Shown here: positions 43,302-58,320 of the stretch, piece by piece
Numbering within the stretch: the first letter of the stretch is position 1
Layout of the letters: each line of letters opens with the position of its first letter
Assembly (NCBI GenBank): GCA_025786725.1
Contig: JAHLTZ010000026.1
Location: forward strand, 310,001-374,000
DNA: 64,000 nucleotides
Direction of reading: 5' to 3'
From: Syncephalis fuscata S228
Taxonomy: Eukaryota > Fungi > Zoopagomycota
Made by a program: the position numbers and the translations under genes
The notes under the pieces: generated by a model
The model's database searches: none
What the model saw: only the letters and a program-made list of their open reading frames with translations
Told to the model about the DNA's origin: nothing

Positions 43302-43545
43302 TAAAAGCATAGGCTTTGTTTTATGCGTGGATGATGCGCTATAGTATGTGTCTTGTCAATTGATTTTAATATACTAAAAGACGTATCAAATCATTAATTT
43401 ATATTGAATTTTAATGTGTATGCCTTGTATTATATATATTATATTATATATATATGTATGTATGTATGTATGTATAGTTTTATACCATGTTAGAAATAAT
43501 CATTTATTAGTTTATATTTAAACTGAAGCATTGAACACTATTCTT

Positions 43546-44028
43546 TTATGCTACAGTTCTTGTGGAGGTGGATGTTGTTGTTGCTGTTGCTGTTTTATCG
43601 TCTATCGGTATAGCTTCATTGCTTTCAGGCGTGCTAGACATTCGATTCTTCCAGCCACGGGTGCGTGCGCGTAGTCGTTCACGATATGCCTTTGCCTCTT
43701 TGCCGCCAAAGTCATCTTCAACATTAGGTGGTTCGGGGAAGTTAAATTCGTCAGCGAGCGTAACAATTACTTTCTTCCAAGTTGGATCTCGCTTTACGCG
43801 CGGTATACCTGATTTCGTTATATGTGTGCGTTCACGGCCGAGAAATACGGCTGTACGTACATCAAGTATACGTACACCATAGACGTGCCATAGGTAATCG
43901 CGTACGTCAAGTTTATTGACGTGTGGTTCAACGCGAAATACCGCTTGATTTGGTGGCAGATTCGAACGCACTAGCGTAAGGATCAGATTGGGAAAATAGA
44001 CGCGCTTTGTACCAAGTCGAAAGGCCAT
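43546..44028 (-). CDS. MRP20: mitochondrial ribosomal protein uL23m
   Basis: MAFRLGTKRVYFPNL…FRVEPHVNKLDVRDYLWHVYGV…WKKVIVTL…FNFP. Confidence 0.88.
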   Translation of the reverse strand: MAFRLGTKRVYFPNLILTLVRSNLPPNQAVFRVEPHVNKLDVRDYLWHVYGVRILDVRTAVFLGRERTHITKSGIPRVKRDPTWKKVIVTLADEFNFPEPPNVEDDFGGKEAKAYRERLRARTRGWKNRMSSTPESNEAIPIDDKTATATTTSTSTRTVA

Positions 44029-44351
44029 CGTATAACAATATAACAATATAATAAAGAACAATAGCCACGTAGTCAATAATCTGCCAAAAGAAAGGAAAGA
44101 AGAAAAGTCTGTCAAACTATGTGTGTGTGTGTGTATTGTTATAATAGAATATTAATGACTGATTAATAAAATAAAATATAATGTAATGTATATGTGTGTG
44201 TGTTGTGTTTGTGTGTGGCAAATGAATAGAAAAAGTAATTATGAAATTTTGGTTTTCTTTTTTTTCCTTGTATTGTTCTTTCAATTCTACTCGTCTATAG
44301 ACGATTTACTATTGTATTTCTGTACACGCTGGTTTATGCACGATTAACGAC

Positions 44352-46373
44352 ATGTCACAACCAACACCGTCCTATCGACGACTGGCCGTGAAACAGTACC
44401 CGCGACTAGCCTCACAGAAGGAAAATATTGATGGCAAGCATTGGAAGAAATTACAGGTAAACTAGCGTCTATTAAAGAAGACTGGCTAGTTCTAACACTA
44501 ATGGTATGGTCTATTATAGGCACCGGCACTTATTAAAGAATATGGTACTATCAACGCTATTGCCTTCTCGCCTGTTGCACCGCATGATTTTGCAGTAGCT
44601 GCTTCAGCTAGAATACAGCTTTATGATGGTCGTACGCGAACAGTACAGCGCACTGTCTCGCGTTTTAAAGAGCCTGTTCATTCTGTCGACTATCGTAGTG
44701 ATGGTCGTTTAATAGTGGCAGGTGACGGTGAAGGCTTGGTACAAATATTGATGCAAGTAGTCGCGCTATTCTTCGCACACTGCGTGGACATACACGGTGG
44801 GTTATTATAGAATGAATGATCAAAGAAAAGTAGATTAATTATATGTTTATTAATCATTATAGACCAGTGCATGTTACGCGGTTTGCTTCCAACAATACAC
44901 AAATACTTAGTTGTTCCGATGATCGATCTGTACGACTATGGGATGTACCAAGTGAACAAGTAGTTGTACAATTCGATGAACACCAAGTAAGTGATTAGTA
45001 TACAAGATAGAATATAGTATTTAATATTAATATGTATACTATATATTGTCTATTAGGATTATGTACGAGCAGGTCGATTCTCTACTGATTCTCCATCGCT
45101 ATTTATTACCGCTTCATACGATCATACAGTTCGGCTATGGGATGCTCGAATGCAACAATGTGCTATGACCATGCAACATGGACAGCCAGTTGAAGATGTG
45201 ATTGCATTCCCAGGTGGTGGTCTTATTGTATCAGCGGGTAAGTTGTTATATCTATTTAATTAACTATATTTATTTGATAATATACACTAGGTGGCCCACT
45301 ACTTAAGGTTTGGGATCTATTGGCGGGTGGACGACTTGTCCAGGCCATTGGTAATCATCAAAAGACGGTGACCAGTTTGGCATTTGCCTTAAATGGTACT
45401 CGACTCATGACAGGTTCGCTCGACCAACAAGTAAAGATTTATAATCCACTTAATTGGCAAGTGGTGCACACCATCTCGCAACCAGCTCCGGTGCTCAGTC
45501 TAGGTATATCAGTAAGTATTTTGGTATTTGTATTAATTGGTAATTAATGGTCTATTATTTTATAGTCAGATGATTCAGTGTTAGCAGTGGGTCTATCCAG
45601 TGGCATGCTGTCACTGCGACATCGCCGTCAAACAGCCGATGAATTTGCCCTTCAGTCTGAACGTGATGATGCAGCCCGTCGTGATATCTTTGACTTTAGA
45701 TCACATGGCGGTATGAGCCATGACGGTACTCAGGATGACTTTGTCGTTGAAGCACGCCGTATTAAGAAATTGGCTGTTTATGACCGATATCTACGCTCGT
45801 TCCAGTATGGTAATGCATTAGACGCGGCTCTAGGCGGTGTAAGTAATATTGATTTACTGAATATGTATAGCTTATATAATCTATTAATCATTGTTATTAC
45901 TACTATAGGGACATCAGTAGTTATTGTTGTATCGTTATTGCAAGAACTTATTCATCGTGGTGGTTTACGTATGGCTTTGTCACGACGTGATGATGTGGCA
46001 TTAAAACCACTTTTACGCTTTTTGTGTAAAAATATACGACGACCACGTTTTACCGCTACACTCATTCAAGTGGCAGAAGTGGTGCTTGGTAAGTATGATG
46101 AGCATAACAACGATAATGAATCCATTATTAATGCGATATCTTGTAACAATAGATATTTATGAGCCTGTACTATCGGACTCGCCATTAACGGCCGATTTAC
46201 TGGCTAAATTAAAAACGGCCGTACACCAAGAAGTACGCCAACAAGAGGAACTAATGCGTGTTATGGGTGCCTTGGAAATGGTTCTATCCATGGCTACACT
46301 TAGTGCTACTTCAACTACCGCTAATACTTCAGAAGACTTGCTCGATACTACCACTATAGAAACGAGCCATTAA
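44352..46373 (+). CDS. UTP15: U3 snoRNP/SSU processome WD40 protein Utp15
   Basis: FSPVAPHDFAV, WD40 repeats, HQKTVTSL, YDRYLRSFQYGNALD, ELIHRGGLRMALSRRD; 1-nt deletion at ~44748 is probably an assembly error. Confidence 0.9.
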
Positions 46374-47874
46374 TTGTTTGTTTATGGATTAGACCAGTCC
46401 TAGTATTCATTGATGGCATGCCTTCACTATTATGTTATAAATGCTTATTACTCTCCTCTTTAAATATTGCCGATGTGTATTTGCGTCGGATTTGCATTTG
46501 AGTTTCAATTGTTTGTCGGGGCAATAGAATAGAAACGTGTTTATATGTCGGCCTATGAATGACGACGTGTTTGTTCTATGCAGACTGGCGTTGCATATGG
46601 AGTGCAGTCATCTGCTGAGGACTAGCTGCAGCGTTACCTGCATAACGCCAGTATTAACTGCAAGGTCGTGTATGGCATATGCACGCGTGTAGTATAAGTG
46701 TGATGGGTAGAGCTATTTCACTTTAAACCCATATATCTTATTTAGTTTATTAGTTCAATATAACCATTTATTAATAATTTGTAATAGCTTAGTGGCCAAA
46801 TGACTATATTTAATAACACCTAATCTATTGAACATGGTGATGGGCGGTGAGTGACATCAATCATCAAATACTCATTATTGTAGATTCATTATCCAGTACG
46901 CATATATCCACCATTTACCTATATCATTTCCATTCTATTACATACTACTATATATCATTCTACGATACACTAGACACATTATATTCATTATATGTTTCAA
47001 TATATTCCACTCATTATATTATATGCACTATAACTTTAACATCGTTTTATATCCCTTCATACCGTATATTTATCATTCTATACTCGTTTATCCTTTCTCA
47101 TCCAAAACTGTTTTTATTTTTGTTCTACCTTTATTATTAATAAATCTCAGCTCAATCAACAAGTATCAGTATCCATAAGCTATAAAATTAAAGTTAAAAA
47201 TAAAATAATCCATGCTGTACGTAGATGCAACAACGACTGCGGAATGACATGGAATTGGATCATATGGCTTCTATTGATATTTAATCAATCTTTCTACACA
47301 TGGCCAACAACAATAATGATCAACTTCAAATGTTCCAAAGAAATCAAATAATACGCTATATTTTTATTTAAATCGATTTATTAATAGAATATTTATTTGG
47401 AAACGATATAATTATGGTGTGTATAACCGCATGGCTTCAATTAGAACGAGTTTTGCTTTGAAAACTCAAAATAGAATTCAACGTGATGGATGATGCATAG
47501 AAATACATGATAATAAGCAAAATTAGATCAACAATAATAGAGCGATACTACAGTAATAATGATAGTAATAAAGGTCTATTTGACCAATTATATGCCACAC
47601 AATAGTTATTTGGGATTAAATAGCGGACATTGTATGTAAAATCTTAATTGGTAATACAAGTTGGGTAATTTATCAAACAAACTATTTATTTACACATACT
47701 TATACAAATATATACATTTATATGAGAGAATAGAAGTGTGTGTGTATAGCTATCGGTAATTGGTGTGGATGGGTGGATGTATGCATATAGAAACTAGACA
47801 GGTATTGATCATATCCATACAAATGGAGAGAGAGAAGTAGAATGACGAGCGGGAATCCATTTCATTCGACTCCT

Positions 47875-47910
47875 ACACACACACACACACACACACATAC
47901 ACACGCACAC
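47875..47910. repeat. (CA)n microsatellite
   Basis: acacacacac… run upstream of the MAPK. Confidence 0.85.
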
Positions 47911-48202
47911 ATTGAGAGACAGAGAGAAGGCCACACGTGTATAGAAGGCAGCTTGCACATCAAGTTCCTTCGTTCATCTTATTCCTCTTTCACTCTCATC
48001 GACTACTACTACTACTATTACTATTCTTACTTCATCTATAGCCTGTCTTTGCCAGTGTTTTGTTTTATCTGATTACTTTGCTGGTTCTACTACACTTTCT
48101 CTATACTATATACCTCGTTTATTGAGGTGGCTGTTTTATTGTGCTGATTAGTTTTACTGAGTGATCTTGGCCGCGCCAAATCTCGGCGACTAAACACCGC
48201 GA

Positions 48203-48206
48203 CTAT

Positions 48207-48243
<37 letters not shown>
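48203..48243. repeat. (ACT)n microsatellite
   Basis: actactact… run in the MAPK 5' region. Confidence 0.85.
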
Positions 48244-48244
<1 letters not shown>

Positions 48245-48418
48245 TTTTTTGGACGTTGTGTTTGTTAAAGTAATAAAACACGCGCCCAGTTTATTATCTT
48301 GTGCCAATCGTAGTACTGGTAAGTAAGAAGGGCCCGTAACAGTAAAAGGGCGACGTGGTGCGTGCACAGACAAATAGCGACTAACATTGACTGGTACGTG
48401 TAAAGATATAGTTTCACC

Positions 48419-49845
<1,427 letters not shown>

Positions 49846-50891
49846 ATAGACGCTAGCAAAAGTGCCATCTACCGGTGTGTCCCTCGGACGAGTATTCGAG
49901 GTGGCAGCATGCATCTTTTTTAATAATTGCCTATTACTCTTTGCGAATGTATATGCCGTTCTTTATTGAAGGCAGGGATCGTTTATAAGCGATCAGGTGT
50001 AAGGGCCGATACTTTTCCTTTTATTTTCCGCATTAAAGTCTGATGCAAACACATACACGCACACACCTACACAAGAGTGACACAATGTTTATAATAGAAC
50101 AATACAAATGTTACTAATGAGCTATTATTAATAATAACTAACTGCATGTTTACTTAATATTTATTATTATGGCTAGTTTATTGTACCAGTATTATATTGT
50201 TTAAGCAATTGTATGCTTAAGTGTTTCAATAGCTATAACTTGCTGTTTATCGCTAACACTCGGCTGATGTTGTGTTGTAGGTTATGGTTTGATTGACTAT
50301 AGCAATACTTGTACGTCAATATTGCCACAAGGTAAATTGTTCACGCGTTTAATGCAATTGCAAGGCCTAATCATCGGTCACTGTGCCGTGCTGCACACTC
50401 ACGGTAACACAAGCAACACATGATGGGCACTTGAACACGTTATTGCAATAAAATGTAATATCAAATTACATTAAGTATATTTGTATATTTATTATTAAAT
50501 AATACATACATAGATGTAATGCTTATATTTTGTCAACAACTACTAATATATATATATAATAAATATTTCTTTAATTTATTAACAAACATGATACATTTGC
50601 CATGCATAAACAACCAACTTGTAACAACACATTTGTGGTCATTGATTCACATGTATCGTGCATTGTTTAATGTTAACTGAGAGCGATGTGAGAAACTATT
50701 CTAGTCATTATCTTTAATACCGCATGCTAATTTACCACATGAATTGCCTACTATGGATATTGTTATAATCATATACTGTTCATTGTCTTACGATAAATAG
50801 ATAATATGCAAAAGTCTATTCCACCTTCTTTAATTCATTCTTCTAGTCGCCTCTCTGTACTCTTCTATCTTTCTATCAAAACGATACAACT

Positions 50892-51361
50892 ATGAAGTCC
50901 TTTGGTGCTGTCGTACTCGTCCTCGTACTGAGCGTTTTATCCAATGTAGCTGTAGTGACCGCCAAACCCATACCGTTTTATAAAGGTATTTGCAATAATG
51001 CATAACTAAATACTAGATCATCTATAATATTTGCTATTTGTTCTAATACATTGATACTGGTAGATAGTAGGTTATAAGGCTTGGCCGTTGATGTAAATTA
51101 ACAATTGTATCTTTCAATGGTTCTACTCGACATGTCAATATAATAGGTAATAAGCACGGATATTTCACAAGCTATTTAGTACTAACAATACACTATTTGA
51201 CACTTTTAAATAACTATAACAGTCAGTAGGTTTTTAAACATTCAAATAAACGACAATTAAATAGTAGCAATAGCCTGTAGGTGATAGTATACGACATATC
51301 ATTGGCAATACTAACCGTATACTATCTACATGATTTGATAGCCCGTATATGGCGCTTTTGA
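50892..51361 (+). CDS. secreted peptide built from 3-nt microexons, locus A: MKSFGAVVLVLVLSVLSNVAVVTA-KPIPFYKD(S)ITSRIWRF*
   Basis: Exon 1 50892-50985 (94 nt, phase 1). Microexons: TAG|ATA|GTAGGT 51064-66; TAG|GTA|ATAAGC 51147-49 (non-canonical); CAG|TCA|GTAGGT 51223-25; TAG|CCT|GTAGGT 51274-76. Last exon from 51342. Branch points ttctaat and tactaac (x2). Confidence 0.75.
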
Positions 51362-52118
51362 TTGATCAGCAAATGGACTGACCGATCAAGATTAGCCATT
51401 ATCGTGCTTGCTGGACAAGCACATATATAAGGTTAGTTGCAATTGTAACAATAACTACGACTCATACTGTATTACACTTACTAACACTGCGTTACTATAT
51501 CAACATTATAATATATTAGGCCATTAGTCTCAGCAAAATATTCAAATTATTAATTATATGTTTTCGTTTTATTGTTTTCTATATCAGTAAACACCGGTAA
51601 AATTGGATTTGTTTATTAAAGACTTATAAAAACTACAACTACTTTTGTTCTATTTAAAATGATTATGATGCATTAGCTATAAGTAATAATTGTAACACAT
51701 TTATTCAAGTAACAAATAGGAAATAAGTAATCCATTCAAGTTATATTGTATAAATGTCAATTAGTTATTTATAATGTGTTTTTCTGATATTTGCCATATA
51801 TTTACAATTTAGATGTACATTATTTTGTTCATCTTAGAAAGTCACTGGGTGCATTTAGAAATAATAAACAATATAAAATTGCAGTCAATTAACTTTATAT
51901 ATTATTTGATATTCTAACTCGCCTCTCATTATAACTTTAAAATAAATAGATTAATAATATATTTAATAACACTAATTACTATTTATTCTTCCTTTCTTTA
52001 ACTTTACAATGAATATAGCATTATAATACTGTAATGGGATCCCTTCAAACTATAGTTTAATAGCAAATCATTCTAATTATATTTTAATAACTATGTTCAT
52101 TACATCTGTGTTTCCATT

Positions 52119-52686
52119 CTATCCTGTCCATAAATAGCGACAATCCTTATTAACGCACACGTAGTAGAGGGTCATTTTAGTATCTGCTCGACGAGAACTC
52201 GATTGAAAGTATACTGCTTCGGTAGATCCACAAAGTGGGCACGCACTCGTGGTACGTGGCTATACTTCGTCAATCACCATTCTATATTCTTGCTATCACT
52301 CTATCAATAACTTACCAGTGACGGATCGCTACTTAGATCCATATGTGCCATATTGCCCTCACTATCATGGACGATGATATATCATTAATTAATAGTCACT
52401 TGCCCATTCACTATATAGCTTACGATGGTGTTTGCTGCACTACATGTTCGTACACTCGATAATTATCGGCATGTTCACGATAGTCACAGTTGCGACACGC
52501 GTACATAAGACGCCTATGCGCGCGATCCTCCCAGGGGTAAAGCATATTCGAGCTGCAATTAAATATAGATTAACAAATACATACCAAAGTTTAAAGTTAA
52601 ATAGCTACTTGCCAGATCTTGCAATACTTGAAGGAAGGCCGTGCCGTCGACTGGGCCTCATTGCTTTGATTAAAAAAGTTATCCAT
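52119..52686 (-). CDS. RPB9: RNA polymerase II subunit Rpb9
   Basis: FKYCKIC|SNMLYPWED…LMYACRNCDY…DPSL|PRT..CPLC….AVYFQS…MTLYYVC; 4 exons, first intron GC-AG. Confidence 0.93.
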
Positions 52687-52865
52687 GACAGCGGCAAATG
52701 CAGTGTCGTTAGATGGAATAAGATAGATAGGTAAGAGTGTGCAAGTTATAACAACAACAACACTTTGAAGTTATAGCCTTTTCGTTGATTCTTTCTCTTT
52801 ACAACTCTACACTCACCACACACGCACACGTCCTTTTCGTATAGGATTCATTGGATTATCTATCA

Positions 52866-53327
52866 ATGCCGGTTCCATTTGAGGCTCTATTGCCACTTGG
52901 CATTATTACTGGACTGATGGCCGCGACTGGATTTGGTTTGCGGGCAATAAAAAGGTCTGCCAACGAAGGTCATGTAAGTAGATAATATGCGCGCATATAA
53001 ATATACATATATATATATGCTAGCTAACAAGATCTAATCATCTCTAAATTGATTCTCTGTTAACAATACTAATATATATATATATATATATATTGTATAT
53101 ATTCTAATAAACTTTAGAAACCACGCTATCACTTGGATACTTGGGATCATAGCATGATGCGTCGTGATAATCGTTTGACGGGCACTTTCCGTGGTCAACA
53201 GGCAAGCAATATTGTTTATTTAAATATATTAATATTAACAGGCTAAACACAATAGAGCGATGAAAAGGCGCCAAGTGATTTTGCTACCAGCAGTATTTGG
53301 TACGCAGAAAAAGTACCAATGATTTAA
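52866..53327 (+). CDS. NDUFA1: complex I accessory subunit NDUFA1/MWFE (NIMM)
   Basis: MPVPFEALLPLGII…N.G.|KPRY.LD.WD..MM.RD.RLTG..RGQ|S…AP..F; 3 exons. Confidence 0.9.
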
Positions 53328-53401
53328 TTGAGTTTATTATGTTTGGCGATATATATATATTCATATAAATATATAACACGGCAATACATTTAATAATGTG
53401 A

Positions 53402-53893
53402 TTATTTTCTATGTTGTTCTACAGTAGTTGGGTGGTCGTGGACCAATTCATTAAATCGATGACCTTGAATACGTAGCCAGTGATCGGCCAATTTACCCGA
53501 GTAGAATAGTTTACTAATATTGTATTTGTATTCATAGTATTGATAGTTATTAGTAATGGATATACAGCTAGAGATTACTTTAGATTACCGTGATGCATAA
53601 AGTTCATTGATTGAACTACCTAGTGCTTCACTTTGCTGTATATTCTCCAGTGCATTCGATAGTTGATTTTTAAGATGCTCTTTTTGAGTACGATCATCTT
53701 GATGAATAACATCTATATTGATGATTTATAAGCAAAGTACAAGCTATAATTGATAGAATGCTACTTACCAGCTAATAGACTAGCCATTGGGTGGCATACT
53801 TTATGTTCAGTTATCGAGTTGGGAATAGTAACCGGTTTTAACAAAGGCATTTGTTGGATGGTATTTGCTAGTGTAGTTATAGTTGATTAACCG

Positions 53894-53924
<31 letters not shown>

Positions 53925-56562
53925 TAGATAATGAATAGCTTACTATGTAATTGAGTCGATTGTTCTAAATGGGAAACAATCTGTCGTTGTTCCTTGGTCA
54001 TTGCTTGTTGCATAATTACTAAAGTGATGATATTAGCAACAATTAAATATAATGAATGACAATTTACCTTTAGCACTTAAATCACCAAGATGAATGGGTA
54101 GCGAGTCAAATGTCTAATAAATATTAGTTTATGTATTCTTTAATTAATGGTGTATATACCTGATAGGTTTTGAAATGAGTAGCATTGTAGAGTTCAAGTA
54201 TAGCAGGATCTGTTTTTATACGGTTATTTAATAGTGACCCACTTAATAGATTCTTGTTTGATCGACTATACAGCTAACCGTTAATACCAACACTAATGCT
54301 TAACTAAATGTATGAATACTAACTCTGATGATATCGAGAGAACTTGGCCTCGAGTCACGTCAACATTATTAAATAGTGCACACTCCTGTGCTATACACGT
54401 TGTTAATTGCCGTTGATGGTTAGCAAGTACTTTGGAAAGTGGTGCAGTTTGATTTGAATAAATATTATTCGTCTTTAATGCGTTCAATTTAATGAGTCGT
54501 CGATATTAATATTACTATCGACTAACCTGTAAGCTCAATTGAAGAATCTTTTCTCGAAGCGTAGCAGTAGCTTTTGTAATTGGCCTATCCATAGGCGACG
54601 TTGAATCTAATCATCAATACATTAGCTATATTAATAGTTTATTACACTATTATTACTCTCTTACTAGTGTGTCATCTAGTGCATCTAATGCTTCATTCTC
54701 TAAATTATTTGTGTGTTCCCAAGTGATTATCCACTGTAGAATGCTGATTTAAATATTTATCTTGTATAAATTATTCGCTTTCTCTAAACCACTAATATGT
54801 GCATTACATAAGCTATTTTTCTATTAAAGATATACATATACATATATGTATTAAATTCGTATTAATGATTGAATGAATTACTACATAATTGTTTGAGCTC
54901 GCATTTCATCCAGTTCACAATTTGATATCGTGTCTTTTAAAGTCGATTCTGCTTGTAAGATATCATCTAATATTGTTTTACTTGTTGCCTGTAATTGTTT
55001 AATATCTATAAACAATTGAACGTGTGCTTGTAAACAATCCTAATTATAAATATATTAAATACATAATAGCATTAATACTATTAAATGAATACCTCAATTG
55101 TTGTTAACAGTGGTTTATATCCTTCTTGTTCCAATTCTTTTCTATAGTATAGCTAGTTAGCAAATAAATGGCTTGTATATCTTAAATGACTACCTCATAG
55201 TTTGAGCATCTTTATTAAAATCAACACTTGCTATCCTATCCTTTACTTGTTGACTAGACATTTTTAATGAAAGAGCTACCGCTTTAAGCAGGACTATTGG
55301 ATTTGACGAGTTATATATCTCCTACATGTTAATAGCATATCAGTAGTAGAATGACACCGTATCCATCTACTTACATTGATCCTTGTTACCATTGTCTCTT
55401 GTTGTTTCTGTTCAATTGCTGTGTTTCTATTAAAGTTTAGATATTTGATCTGTGTGCACTTAATACAATATACTTACGTAGTTAAATGTTGCTTAAATGT
55501 TGGTTTCACACTATCAACCATAAAAGACAATTGTTTCTATATCGCGTGTGATTAAGTAGATCTATAGGCTATTCACAACTATTACCTGAGTCTGTACAAT
55601 ATCCATATCCGATACTCGATATGTAGTATTTTCTCTACATTAACCAATTAGCATTTAATATTGCAGTTTACTAACAACTTACTGATTTGCCGATATTCGT
55701 GCCATTGCTTCCATTGTAGTACTATAAGTTTTCATTTCTTCAATTGTAGATTGAATACGTGCACGATAGCTACGTTTTAAATGAATTCTATGTTGTGCTT
55801 TTCTAATTCTCTCTTCCAACTCATTAACCGTATTCTCTACCCATTACTGCCATTAGATTCGTGTATTCAACATGGCTATATATACATATATACCTTTCTC
55901 ACTAATCTGCTTCACCAATAGTTGACATTGTTGTTGTTGTATTTCAGTACACTGTACAATAGCTGTCATCCTATCATTTTGAGCTTTTCTTGTTTCCTCT
56001 AACCGTGTCCGTTCAGTAGATTGATTGGGTGGCAATTGGTGCTTTTCATAAGCACTAAATATTTATATATCATTAGACATTTGTATATTATCGTTATAAT
56101 AGCTTACTATTGAATAGCCCGTCTTACTTTTGCTACATGTCTAATAATAAAAGTAATAATAATAAATTTAGTATATTAATTAAACTGAATTATTATTATT
56201 AATATATCATTGCTTACGTGCGAGCAAATAAATGTTGTTTAAGATGTTGTAATATCGGTTGTATAGGCCCTCGGCAAATACTAAAATACGTTAGATATAC
56301 GCTATTTATTACTTTTAGCCACCTACGTTTCAAGTGTCTGCGGCGTAAATTGTTTATTATCATCGATACCCTGCTTATGCTGTGTTTGTATTAGTGTTAT
56401 GGTGGATCGATAACCCAGTTCTTGAGTTAACCACGTATATGTCTGTTCAGACAGTTGCTGTGGTGAGATAGCTGAACTTTCACTATTTCTTGCCTGTACA
56501 GGCGTTGTTCGGCGTGTGGCCGTTGTTTTTATCGTTCTGGTCGGTCGTTTAGACGATGCCAT
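53402..56562 (-). CDS. augmin subunit HAUS5-like coiled-coil protein
   Basis: N-terminal WLTQELGY…TLET|ICRGPIQPILQHLKQHLF..|.VAKVRR resembles the HAUS5 N-terminus; many small exons, coiled-coil composition. Confidence 0.6.
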
Positions 56563-56824
56563 ATTACTGTAGCGTGTAAGAGTAATCGTGACCAATAATA
56601 AGAAAATACTTTTCTATCTACCAAGAAAGCGAAACGCTACTTTATTTCTCTCTTTCTCTCTCCCCTTTACTCTTTTCTCCAATATCATATTTCATTTATT
56701 ATTTAGTAACGTGCATCTAGTGTGTAGTTATCATCATTTATCTATTGTCTTTGTTTCATCGCAGTCTCGTTCAAGTGTATAGTTTATTGTTATTAGGGTA
56801 GTCGGATTACTATAACGTCGACGA

Positions 56825-57613
56825 ATGGCGGCTTCATCAAATGGTGGTTTGGCTGGTCGAGGCGCCGATTCAAGAACACCATCGCCGCCACCACGACTGG
56901 TTAAAAGCGCCAAAAAGACTGGAAAGAGTCCGAGTCCATTTACTGGATTGGGCAAGGCTCAAGCATCTCGACTATCGCTTACGTCTGAAGAAATGGAAGA
57001 TATTCGAGAGGCATTTGAGATTTTCGATTCAGATAAAGATGGATTGTTGAATGAGGTCGAGTTACGTGTATGTGATCCTACACTAAATTGCCTATCTACC
57101 AACTGGTTACTAATGACGAGAATAGGCGGCATTTAGAGCATTGGGTCTACCGCTTCGTCCCTCAGAGTTTGTCCGCATACTGTCCAAGGCGGGTAGACGG
57201 TTTGAGAAATCACCGGAAAGCCTAATAGGCTATAAGGACTTTCAACATTATGGTAGGTCAATATAGGCAATTATATATATATATATATATATACGCATAT
57301 CATTAACTTTAAAAGTATAGCTACACATTTTATGCTTCGCAAGTCTTCAGAACATTTAGTCCAAGATGCTTATCGTCTATTTGATATGGATGGCAAGGGT
57401 GGCATTACTGTGGATGATCTACAACGAGTGGCGTTGGAACTTGGACAAGCAGTTGATGATGTGGAGTTACATCGTATGATTCAGGAATTCGATAAAGATG
57501 GTGACGGCAAAGGTAAATTTAAACAATTGGTTTAATGACATATTAGTAATTGTTGTTTATTAGTGACGGAAATGGAATTTATGCATATACTACAGCCTAG
57601 AACAAGTGAATAG
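56825..57613 (+). CDS. centrin-like EF-hand protein
   Basis: LTSEEMEDIREAFEIFDSDKDG, |AAFRALG, AYRLFDMDGKGGITVDDLQRVALELG, MIQEFDKDGDG. Confidence 0.85.
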
Positions 57614-58320
57614 TTATTAAGGCTTTGATTTATTTTATTGTATAATATATATTGCAGTTTAATACAATAGTACTATATATATGATTATCATCAGTTGTTA
57701 ACACTAAAAAGTGGACACTTAATTTGTTGATGTACAAGGTAGCGAGAAAATAATAGACCTTGATAAACTACTTGCTATTACACTAAATATACTGCTTGTG
57801 TGTTTATTGAAATTGATATCGCGGTGTTATACCTTACAAAAGCTATTTTGTGGATAAACAATGATATATTGTATCGGAACTGGATAATAATAATAATAAT
57901 TTGTATTTGTTTAGTTTATTAACAAGGCAGTGGAAGTATTGCTTGTATGTTACCAAAGATTTTCTGTTATAGGATCGTTATTCTGGATATAATATATTTT
58001 TTTAAAATATTAGCATTACATCGTAGCATTTAATGCTGTCGCGCTATATTAGTAGACTAATAATAATACCAGTGGCTTATTTAGTATTATTACTACGAGT
58101 TTACATAGTTAAATAAACAACTGAATGCAGGCTTGTTGGTAATATAATAATGCATTGATTAAAAGCGGATAAATTGGAGTATTGGATGGAACTCGATATG
58201 AGAATGGACTAGAGATTGCCGTTAAGTGATCTTGACTTTTGCTAAATTTAAATACTTAAAGTATATTAAACTAACAGTTCAGTCCTATCACCAATACAGA
58301 TATCTTGGAAGCAACGCTTA

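Noticed and set aside
49860-49910. Hairpin in the MAPK 3' UTR (tgccatct/aggtggca) considered as a SECIS
   Set aside because: No ATGA/GA quartet geometry and no in-frame TGA in the gene.
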